DNA of 64,000 nucleotides from Callorhinchus milii. Its lineage: Eukaryota. The DNA is taken from assembly GCF_018977255.1 (NCBI RefSeq), contig NW_024704765.1:4588001-4652000 (forward strand), in the 5' to 3' direction. The notes under the pieces were generated by a model. That model made no database searches, was not told where the DNA came from, and worked only from the letters and a program-made list of their open reading frames with translations. Shown one piece after another: positions 21,001-33,000 of the stretch. Both the position numbers and the translations under genes were made by a program. Numbering within the stretch: the stretch's first letter is position 1; each line of letters starts with the position of its first letter.

Positions 21001-24000
21001 ACAGATTGAACGTGAAATTCTATAAGTCTTGGCACACATTGACTAGCGTCCTCTCTGGTTGTGGCACCGAGCTAGGCTCGTGTGTTCTGGGCCTGCACAT
21101 TGATCTGCAGATGTTCCAGTCGTAGATAGGCTCTGGAAAGTGTACGGCTGAGTCCAGCTGGCCAGCCTTGCACCAGTATAGAACTCTTATTGCAAAGCTG
21201 TTGAAGCACAGAAGGAAGAAGGTGTTCATGCTGATGTAGGCCGGGACTGGAATACGTAGGAGAATGCACACACTGCTTATCATCATAAAGGGCATCCAGT
21301 TACAAAGGAAGCTAATGGCAATGCAGAGCAGCAAGGGTGCATTGTCTTGTGTCGGCAGGCTGAGCAGCGGGCTCTCCCTGGGCTCCTTACAGCTGATGAA
21401 TACGTTGCTTTGCAAAGAAGGTGGTTCATCTGCTGTGGTGAACAGCTGGAAATTGGACACCCTCATAGACAACGCAAAGGCAGGAATTGACCACCAAGCT
21501 GAAAGCCCAACCAGGACCGAGAAAGCCATCATCACAAGCGAGCAGATCAGTATCAGATCAGTGCTGTGAATTGGACAGAATTGAACCTTTAAGTTGTCAT
21601 GTATCAGGACCTGCAGCCCCGAAATGGAAGTGCTTTGAAGCATGTAGGTTATGGCGGCTGCCCACACAGCCACCACCGCCAGCCAGTAGCCTACACTCTT
21701 CTTGCGTGAAAGCAGGCAGGGCTCAGCCTGAAGGTTGTAATAATTGTCGACTACAGTCAAGATGAAGATGGGAGCATGGATCCCGGTGTACATCCCAGAG
21801 AAGAACTGCAGCACTGAGCACAAGACGGAAGCCTTGATGTCAGGAGTCTCAGAAGAAAGAAACAAAACTGTGCCAAAGAGCAAAAGATCAGAGGCGCACA
21901 GTGTCACAGTGAAAGCCCCCACGATACTCCGCCATAGACTTTTGTTTGCAAAATAAAAGCTAACGTAGTTCAGCACACATTTCAGCAGGAGCAAAAAGAT
22001 TATCTCAGTGGTATTCAACAGAGGGGCCTCTCTGTCAGCAGCAGCATTTGGACTACTTTGCAGGAGAACAAGCATTTTTCGCACTTCCTCACTACTCCGT
22101 TCTTTTTTTCAGTACGGGGGGGAAAAAAATGCAGATTAGTCCAACTATCTCCTTGCCAGCCTCCCAAGCTCATACAGAACTCCCATCTCCCACATTTAAC
22201 TCCAAGTCCTAGTCTTTTTAGCCCCCTCTGCCCCCCCCACCCCACCTTGAGAATAACTAATCTTCAAATACTTCCATGCTCTTAAACCTCCCTTATTTAG
22301 TACTCTGCTTCCCACGCTGTTTTACGACCCTCTACACTCTCCAGCTCTGGCTTGTTGCGTCTCCCTGTCTCCTGTCACCTGCACTCTGATCTTCTCGGTA
22401 AATGTTGGCAAATTAATAGGGAAGACAATTACATAAAAAAATTAGGAAATAATATCGCAGAGCAACAAATATTTTGTTTTTGTAGCGCCTTAGGTCTACA
22501 TTTCAGTCTTAGTTACTTCTTTATGCAGTGTAGCAGGCAAAATCAGCGAAGATTTTATGCAAAACAAAGATAGTATCTTCGACAATACAGTGCTCCCCCC
22601 ATCATTGCACTAGATTGTTAGCTCAAGTCTTAATGTGGGGCTCAAATAGATTTCTGGCTCAGTTGGTAGCACTCTCGTCTCTGAGTCGAGAAGGCTTTCG
22701 GTTACAACCCCAGGTCAGGGCTTTAGGTTCTAGCCTCATGTTAGGACATTGAGTTCATTGTCTAGTTAGACACTCCAGTGCAGTGCTGGGGTTTGCTGCA
22801 TTGCTGGAAGTACTGTCCTTCAAATAAACATTAAACCGACGTCCCTTATACCCGTTCAAGAGGATGCTAAAGATTCAAAAGAGAGGAAGTTTCTCTCGGT
22901 GTCCCGGCCAACAATCCCCCAATTAAAATTGGTCTAAAAAAAATCTGGTCACTCAATTATAATAATAATACTTGCATTTGACATATAGCGCCTTATCACG
23001 CCTTCACAGAATAAAAAGTAAAGTGAATTGACTATATATTTTGTGGATGAAATGCGGTAGGCAATCACACACAGCAGTGTCCCACAAACAGTCGTGGATT
23101 AAGTGACCAATTTATTATTTTTTTTGAAGGAATTATACCCCCCCAAAAAAGCAATCCGCCAACTGACTAACAAGCGGGTTACTCCAAGTAAACAGAGGTG
23201 TGCGGAGTAAGGAAATTTGCCCAATCTTTTGCCCTGCCAGATCTCTTGCTTGCGAAACACGTTCTCTAACCACTGAGCTACAGGATTCCACGGCAACCAA
23301 TTGCGCTGCCGTGGATCCACGACTATTTGTGGGACACTGCTGTGCGCAATTGGCTGCCGCATTTCGTCCACAAAATATAGTCAACTCACTTTACAGTATA
23401 TTCTGTGAAGCGCTTTGAGATGAATCTTAAGACGTAATAAGGTGCTATATCAAACGCAAGAATTACTATTGTAGAATCATAGAATTATACAGCACAGAAA
23501 GAGGCTACTCAGTCAGTGCATCAGCCATGCCCTCACTTCACTTCACAGTAAATCCTGTAATGCACTTTGAGACAAAGTGAGACAAAGTGCACAATTCACT
23601 TTACAGTATATTCTGTCAAGCGCTAGAAGACGTGAAAAGCGCTACATCAAATCCAAGGATTATTATTCTTATTATTACCAATGTGAAAGGCGCTCTGCAA
23701 TGGAAGGATTTTTATTTTTTGAACTCACAACCTTTCTAATCCTGAAGTGAGAGCGCCACAAACTGAGCCAGGTAGATCTGCAGTTACAGGCTCTACAATC
23801 TTAAAACTGACAATTGAAATGGATTTATGTCAACGCCCAGTGTAAAACATTCCCAATCACTCCGTATTTCAAACCTAGGTTTCACTAACCAACTAAAAAA
23901 AATCCCCTAATATAGGGCTAGATTTATTTGGAGAGATTAGCGAGCAGATGAGAATGTTTGTACCTACCTGAATTTTACTGAACAATAAGAAGCAGGTGAC

Positions 24001-27000
24001 TATTCTCTTACCTGTAATCTCTTACCTGTGTGCTTGTGTCATAAAGGAGGTTGTCCTTAATAGCCATATGGTGTTTTCTAGCTTCCTTTAAAGGTGGATC
24101 TCAACTGTTGTCATGCTCCAAAGCAACTATAATAATAATAATAATCCTTGCATTTGATATAGCGCTTTTCACGTCGGGAGGACGTCCCAAAGCGCTTCAC
24201 AGAACACACTGTAAAGTGAATTGACTGTATATTTGTGGGCGAACGCGGCAGCCAATTGCGCACAGCAATGTCCCACAAACAGTCGTAGATTGAAAATGAC
24301 CAATTTATTATTGTTTTTTGTTTTTTTGGAGGGATTATTATTAGGCTCTGTGTGGAGTAAGGAAACTTGCCCGAGGTTTCGCCCTCTGCCTGGAATTGAA
24401 CTCCGGTCTCTCGCTTGCAAAGCGAGTGCTCTAACCACTGAGCTACAGGACTTTGAATATGTAAAACGCGTAATACAGAAGCACAGTGATCGGGGAAGCA
24501 CTGCATTATTGGAGGAAGAAGTTTAACGAAGGTCCCGTCTGCCCGTTCAGGTTAAATATCTGAAGGCACTTTTTGAAAAGAGAAGGGGGATTCTCACTGT
24601 TTCCTGGCCTATAATCTCAACTGTATGGAGGACCTTGGTGGTACATTTGGCTGCTACGTTTGTCCACAAAAACAGTTATTGGCATCTATACTGTGAAGTG
24701 CTTTGAGACATTTTTACATAGAATTACAGAGAATGTACAGCACAGAAACAGGCTATTCAGCCCAAATGGACTATGCTGGCATTTATGCTCCATATAACTT
24801 CTTAACGTCTTAACTTATCCTTGTGGTAGCAAGTTCTACATTCCCACCACTCTCTGGTTAAAGAAGTTTCTTCTGACTTTCCTATTTGATTTATTGTTCA
24901 TGCTTTTATCACCTCCAGGCTATGCAAACGCCCTGCTTCTCCTGCACCAAACTCCGTGACCCCATCTCCCTCACTCTCGTCCGACTCCATTGGCTCCCTA
25001 TCCTTCAGAGAATCCAGTTCAAGATCGTGGTCCTCACATACAAAGCCCTCCATGGCCTCGCCCCACCCTACCTCTGCGACCTCCTAACCCCCTACCAACC
25101 CGCCTGTTCCTTCCACTCAGCCGGTTCCAGCCTGCTCCACCCCCGACCCACCTGCCCCAACATTTGTATAGCGGGAGAGCCTTCAGCCACCCCGCCCCCA
25201 GGCTCTGGAATTCCATCCCCCAGTCACTCCACCACGCCCCCCTCCTTAGCCTCTTTCAACTCCCACCTCAAGACCCTCCTCTTCGACCATGCCATCGGCC
25301 ACCCCTCTTCCCCTCTCCTCCTTCCACTTCCACCCCCGACCCCAGCTCAGGTCTGAAATGCTGTACTCTGTCCAGTGCCTTGGGATGTCCTGAAGTGAAA
25401 GGTGCTATACAAATGTAATCTTGTTGTTGTTGTTTTCGAAATCCGTGCTGAGTATTTATTATACATTTGGTTTCTAGATGTTTTTCTATTACCTCTTTCA
25501 GTAAGGATTACCATTTTAATTGGCTAATATGCCAAAAACAGCAAGTTCTTCATTTCCAGTGGAAACAAGAAACAAGCAATTCCATATAAAATCTTAATAC
25601 AACGATCATTTCTATAGAGCCCTTCACGAAGGGTAACGTCTTGGAGTACTTTACAACGGTGGGGTTGGATGCCGAGGAAGGAAGCAGAGGATGATGGTAA
25701 GAACTCTGAGACGCTATCCTGCGTGAAGGGTGCTATATAAGTGCAAGTTGTTGTTAGTGATCGTCGGCACAGTTGGAGAGGTAGATTTTAAGGTGAGATT
25801 TAAGGATAGATAGAGAAGGAATGATTCAGATGGATAGAGGGTTGGGGTTCCAAACGTTAGGGGAATAGTGACTAAAGGCTTGGCCACTGATGGTGGTGCA
25901 GCAGACTTGTGTTAGCTGAGTGGGGGGAGTGAACAGTGGAGTGGAGAACACGCAGATAAGGGAAATAATAGTAATGGTTAAAAGCATGATTTTACTGAAC
26001 AGTTTTTCTCATCTCATTTCATTCTGCCTGTTAATACTACTACTAATAGTCCTTGCATTTGGTATAGAGCCTTATAATAATAATAATAATAATAACCCTT
26101 GCATTTGATATCGCGCTTTTCACGTCGGGAGGACGTCCCAAAGCGCTTCACAGAACACACACTGTAAAGTGAATTGACTGTATATTTGTGGGCGAACGCA
26201 GCAGGTAATTGCGCACAGCAATGTCCCACAAACAGTCGTAGATTGAAAATGACCAATTTATTATTGTTTTTGGTTTTGGAGGGATTATTATTAGGTGTGT
26301 GGAGTAAGGAAACTTGCCCAAGGTTTCGCCCTCTGCCTGGAATTGAACTCAGGTCTCTCGCTTGCAAAGCGAGTGCTCTAACCACTGAGCTACAGGACTC
26401 CGTCATCCTTATTACGTCATCGATTTTACTGTGAATTGTACTGTGTACTTTGTAGGTGAATGTAGCAGCCAATCTAAACACAGCATTGCCTTGCAAACAG
26501 CCATGGAGTAAATGGGCAATTTTTAACTGGGGGCTATCAGCCAGGTCACTGAGGGAGAGAGAAACTCTCTTCCCTTTCCCAATTGTGCTGTGGGATCTTT
26601 TAACGTCCACTTGAACGGGTTTAAAATCTCTCCCGAAGGACTTAAAGGGATTTTGCTGAATTTGAAATAATATACCAATTTGAAAGATTGTCACGTTGAT
26701 TCAGTAATCAGAACTTTGCCCATACCAAATATCATAATGATAATAATAACCCTTGCATTTGATATAGCGCCTCATCCCCACCATTGACAGGAGAGTCTTC
26801 AACCACTCTGCCCCCAACCTGGAATTCCAAACCCCAATCACTCCACCTCGCCCCCTCCTTAGCCTCCTTCAAGTCCTGCCTCAAAACCCTCCTCTTCAAC
26901 CATGCCATCGGTCACCCCCCCTTCCCCTTCCCTCCCTTCTCCCTCCCTGACCCCAGCTCGGGTCTGGTACTCTGTCCAGAGCCTTGGGACGTCCTCCCGA

Positions 27001-30000
27001 TGTGAAAGGAGCTATACAAATGTAAACTTGTTGTTGGCTTTGTTGTTATCGCATCTATATCGAGTGCAAGGATTATTACAGAGCGCTTCACAGAATGTAC
27101 TGTAAAGTGAGTAGACTGTATACTTTATGGACAAAACGCAGCAGCGAATTTCGCACAGCAATGTCCCACAAACAGTGGTGGATTGAGTGACCTTTTGGAG
27201 AATAATTATTCTGTCAAATACAATTATTCTGTTGGAGAATAAGTGAATACTTTTGAAACTGTTAATTACTTAAGTTTCAACATTACAGGCACAACAGGTT
27301 TGTCAGTTTCAGTAAGTATTGCAAGCCAGTTATTAAAAGCCAATTATCCTGTGCATAAGATCTGGGGGGCAAAAGCACGACTTAAGTGAATTTGAAGAAG
27401 ATCCTGTCCCATGTCTCTCGCTTACGAGGCGAGTGCTCTAACCACTGAACCACAGATACCTTTACCTAACAAATACAGGGTGACTAAAAAGTCATGATAT
27501 TACCTAAAAAATATATATAAGCAATTGTTTACAATAATAATGATAATCCTTGCATTTGATACAGCATCTTGTGTCTTCGAGATGTCTCAAAGCGCTTCAC
27601 AGGGTATACTATAAAATGAATTGACTGTAAAATTTGTGGGCGAAACGTGTTGCCAATTGCGCACAGCAGTCTCACAAACATTGGTGGATTGGGTGACCAA
27701 ATTACGATTTTTATTTATTTAAGTACAATTTACAGAAACGTTGTAAGGGGCGTTGTGCCATTTCAGTGTGATAAGGCATGAGGTCAAATGAAAATATTAT
27801 AATTCCTGATATTATAATTCCTGATATTGCTAAGCGATTCCTATTGAGCCCTCCATCCTCTGAATGGAGATCCTTTCGGAGCAAGGTTCTCCTGGAGTTC
27901 AGTCCAGGTTACCCAATCAATTTATTCTTTAAAGTCTCTATTGCGATGCTCAGATTCCTTATTAAGGAATCTTATGAAGATTTAGACTCCCGTGGGTGGA
28001 TTTCTGTCACGCTTGTTTCAGGGTGCATCCATCGTTGGGTGATTGTTGATTTTCCTGATGAGCATTGGCGCCTTAAGTATATGCTGTGTGTGCTGTTTTT
28101 TCCCTCCACCAGCTGAAGGTCTATAATGCATGTTGTGTAAACGGTGTGTAAACTGCTGGGATCTATAATGGGTCTATTATGGGAATTGTTAACACTGTAT
28201 ACACCTGGAAATTGGAGATATCCTTAGTTATGTTAACAGGCAACCAAACCTTCTATGGCACTGCTGACGACAGCACAGCTGGCTCATCGGCAGGACTCAG
28301 CAGAGCAACAACAACAACAAAAAAATTACACTTATAGTGCGCCTTTCACGTCGGGAGGACGTCCCAAGGTGCTGGACAATCACGGGTCAGGACCCGAGCA
28401 TGGGGGAGTGATGGGGTAGGGATGAGGGAAGACCATTCACTGGAATAACAACCACAACAAATTACGCTTGTCTAGTATCTTTCACTTTGGGAGGACGTCC
28501 TGATCCTCATAGGTGCCTTTTTCCACACCCAACTCTTAAGGTGGATTTCTTTTCATTCAGTCCCAGGTTCTCAATACCACGTGCAAGCATTCAGTAAATA
28601 CCTGGGGCTCCTGCTTGCCTGAGGAATGTGTGGCATTTCTGAAAACTCTTAACTCTCACAGCCGATAATATAAAACTACTTTATATCATTCAGACTTGTA
28701 TATGTGTATCAGTTCTCTGAAACTCTTCCTCCCCACCCTTTAGTTTTATATTGTGGAGTCCTGTAGCGTATTGGTTAGAGCACTCGCCTCGCAAACAAAG
28801 GGACCTGTGTTCGATTCCTGGTCAGGGCAAAACTTTAGGCAAGTTTCTTTACTCTACACGCCTCTATTTACCTAGCAGTAAGTAGGAACCTGGGTAATAA
28901 TTCCTTCAAAAAAAGAATAAATTGGTCACTCACTTTACTGTTTGTGGGACACTGCTGTGCGCAATTGGCTGCCGCGTTTCACCAACAAAATATAAAATCA
29001 ATTCATTTTACGGTATGTTCCATGAAGCGCTTTAAGACGTCTTGAAGATGTGATAAGGTGCAACATCAAATGCAAGGATTTTCTTTTCTTTTTCACATAA
29101 CTGCCCAATTCCCTTTACGTACTGCTGCAGTTTCTCCCCATTAACCGTATCAAAACTCCGTCATCATTTTTACACCTCTTTCATGTCTCCTTTCAATCTT
29201 CCTCCGTTCTAGTGAAGTTACAGTATAATCTTCACATTCAATGTAGGATTTCACATCAGGAGGATGAGTCAGAGTGCTTCACAGGATTTCACTGTAAAAT
29301 AGAGTGCTGTATGTTTTATAGATGAAAAGAACCCCAGATTCTCATATTTCCATCCACAAAGTACACAGTCACCACACTGATCAGGATTGTTCCAAATCCC
29401 TACTAGTCCTCACCCTTCCCTACCTTTCCAGCTTCACTCTCCTGTCCCCCTCCACTCAGCAAACCAGGCCTATGGTGCATTCCTTGCCCCCTCCATCCCG
29501 CCATTGGCGGCCGAGCCTTCAGCTAGTATACCCCTACACTCTGCAACATTCTCTAAATCCTTACACCTCTCCCCCTCTCTATCTGTCTTTAAAATCCTCT
29601 TAAAAATCCTACCTCTTTGACATCTCCTATGTTTATCTCCACCCTCCCCACTCTTGTGTGCATCACCGTCATTGTAAGGGGCTCTGAGATAATTACTCTA
29701 GATGAAACGCGCGTTGTATTAATGTAAGTTGTTGTGTATTTCTGGTGAGAGTTTACATGGCTCACAGTCTAGGCTGTCGCTCCGGCACAGTAGTGGGGGG
29801 AGAGCACTGCATTGTTGGAGGTGCTGTCATTCAGATGCGCAACTCTACTTGTAAAGAGAAAGGAGTTTACCACAACATCTTGCATATTTTTTGATATAGC
29901 GCCTTATTGTTACTGGGATAACTCAAGGCACTTCACATAATATATTGTGTTTAATATCAATCCACTTTACAATATATAAATATATTTGGGAGGATCTTGG

Positions 30001-33000
30001 ACAACAATCCTCCAGAAAATTGGTCACAGGAGCTATTATTTTGTTCCTTGACTTGAGCAAAATGACAGTAATTACTGCACCTAGAACATTTTGTGTCGTT
30101 TTGACATCTGTTCAAAGTGCACGTTTCTGCTTTGACCACGCCCCTGACACAACACTCTACATTATCTACTTCCTTGACGATAATCTGAAATGTGATCGAC
30201 TTTTACATTAAGGAAGTTGATAAGCAAGTGGTAATAATAATCCTTGCATTGGATATAGAGTTTTTCACATCTTTGAGACGTCTCAAAGCGCTTCACAGAA
30301 TATACCGTCAAGTGAATTGACTGTATATTTGTGGGCGCAACACGGCAGCCAGTTGCTGATCTTCTACACAATTACATTTGTATAGCACCTTGGGACATCC
30401 TCTCAATGAGAAAGGCCATATCCAAATGTAATATGTTTTTTATATTATAACATTGTAGACCAGTTAATCCAAAATGGCTGTGTGTTTCTAAGTGAATGTG
30501 AACCCGATGGAAAATTCCATTGTTTGTGTTCAAATTTGAATTTATTCGAAGTATTCCATTGCATTTGTTCATTTGGGAGGGTGGGGGGGCAGAAGTCAAC
30601 TGTATGTTTTCAAATTTGTTATTGAAAGCAAATAAAATGTTATGCCATCATATGTTCTCTCATTTTTATATGTATTATTACCTTATTAGTATACCTGTGA
30701 TCTTTATTATTTCCCAGATAAACGGTTAAACATGACCAAGTTAAGCACTATGATTGACAGCAATTTGCTTTGAAGTGATTTGAGACATTTATAGGCGAAA
30801 TATAAAATACAAAAGGCTTTTAACATTGTTATGGAGTTTTTATAATGCAGATAATTACTTGCATTAATCTCTTACTCTCTCCCTTCCACCCACCTGCAGC
30901 AATAATAATAATCTTTGATTTGATATAGTGCTTAATTACGTTTTCGAGACATCTCAAAGCGCTTCACAGAATATACTGTAAAGTGAATATACTGTATATT
31001 TTGTGGGTGAAACGCACAGCAGTGTCCCACAAATAGTCGTGGATTGAGTGACCAAATTTTTTTCTTTTTGTTTAAATTCAGTTAACCTTTTTTTTGAAGG
31101 GATTATACCCCTCGGAAGAGTGATCCGCCAATTGACTAACAACTGGGTTCCTACTTACTACTTGGTAAAAAGAGGCATGTGGCGTAAGGAAACCGGTCTA
31201 ATGTTTCGCTTTCCCCAGGAATCGAACCTATGTCCTATCGCTTGCAAGGCGAGTGCTCTAACAAATCTCCTAGCAGTCGTAATAGCAAATACAGAACTGT
31301 TAGCAGTAAAGTAATGATACTTGCGTTTGATGGAGCCCCTTATTGATCGAGGCTAAAGGTTTCAAAGTAGTTTGCAAGGTGAAATGATTGTGGGTTTATT
31401 CATTACTTTACCCAGAGTGACAGGTGTGAGAGACCCAGAAAATTCATGTCTTAACTAACGTGTTTTTCCTAAAGGAGGTGGGCCGGATGAAGGTGGAATT
31501 GTTTGCAGATGTAGTGCCGAGGGCAGCAGAGAATTTCAGGTACCAGTCTTTGTGATTCGCTAATAACATCAGATATCATCAGATACCGTTAAGATCGCTT
31601 TCAATTCCCATGTTTTTTCTGCCCTGCATTATTGAGCAAATCTTTATTTTTCTGATTTAGGCAATTCTGCACAGGAGAATTCAGGTGAGCACTTATTTTT
31701 TCTTGTCAAATTTAGTCTGATTAATCTCTTATTGACTATATTTTCTGGGTGAAATGCAGCAGCGAATTGCGCACAGCAATTGAGTGGCCAAATTATTATT
31801 TTAAAAGATTGTGAAGGTTTTAGCAATGTGATAAGGTGTTATATCAAATGCAATGATTATTATTATTCGAAATTTCTTTCATTTTAATTGGCTTGAACTT
31901 GCTACTACTCCTTAGAAGATCAGTCTTTCACTTTCTTTTTCTCCCAACAGAAAGGATGGCGTGCCTATTGGATTCAAAGGATGTACTTTCCACAGGTCCG
32001 TGTTGATATTTGTACTGTTTAATCTCCACACAACCTACCTACCTTTTGTGCCGCTAACAATTGTTTGGCGAGGGAATGTCGTAAAAGGTGCCAGCCTAGC
32101 TCTCGCCTACGAGTCTGGAATGCTGCGTTATCCCAGTGGTATGTTTTGTATTCTGTGCCTGGAATCCGGATCCACCGCCTCAAAACCACCGCCTCTAAAA
32201 GCACCTTCTCTTTTCCAGGGTGATTAAGGACTTCATGATCCAAGGAGGAGACTTTGTAAATGTGAGTTCCACAATGAGGGTTCATGTGCCCCAGTAATAC
32301 AGTCATTCACTGTTTGCTCTCTTTTACCATCCATCCATATTCCCAGTTAACAGGGCATCTGTTGCCTGATCTCTTGTGTGGAATTAACGGCCCGGACAAG
32401 TGGCCAGGAAGGCAAACGTGCAAATCGCCTGCTGGGTTCACCTATGGTACAATACAATACGATCGTCACCTTAGGAAAGCTGATTGATTGACTGCTATGG
32501 GATTGACAGGGATTTTATTGATTTATGTGCTGGTGTATTGGTCCCCATGTAGAGTTAAAAAGAGTTTTTTTTTTAAAAAAACTCCTCTCTCGCCCACCCC
32601 CCATTTTTAAATGGTCGCCGCGTTCCGTGGCAGTTGCAGGGACGGAATTCTCAGCCTTGCTGAAGGCTCCGGAATTCTAGGGGGGGATTGAAAGCGTGAC
32701 CAATGGGGATCCCAGGACTGCTCAAAAATGGACCAATAGGAACCCCCCCCCCCCCCCCCAAAATGGACCAATGGGACTTCCCCAATATGGACCAATGGGA
32801 ATCTCCGATCTCCCCAAAAATGAACCAATGGGAGCCCCAGAAACTCCTGCCCCAGATGCACCAAATGGGAATACCAGAACTCCTCTAAAAATGGACCAAT
32901 TGGAATACTGGAGTCACCCCAAAAGAAGGTATAGAATTGAATCGGATGATTAGAAGGGAGCAAGAGAGAGACACCGGAAGGATGTTAAGAGAGAGAGATT

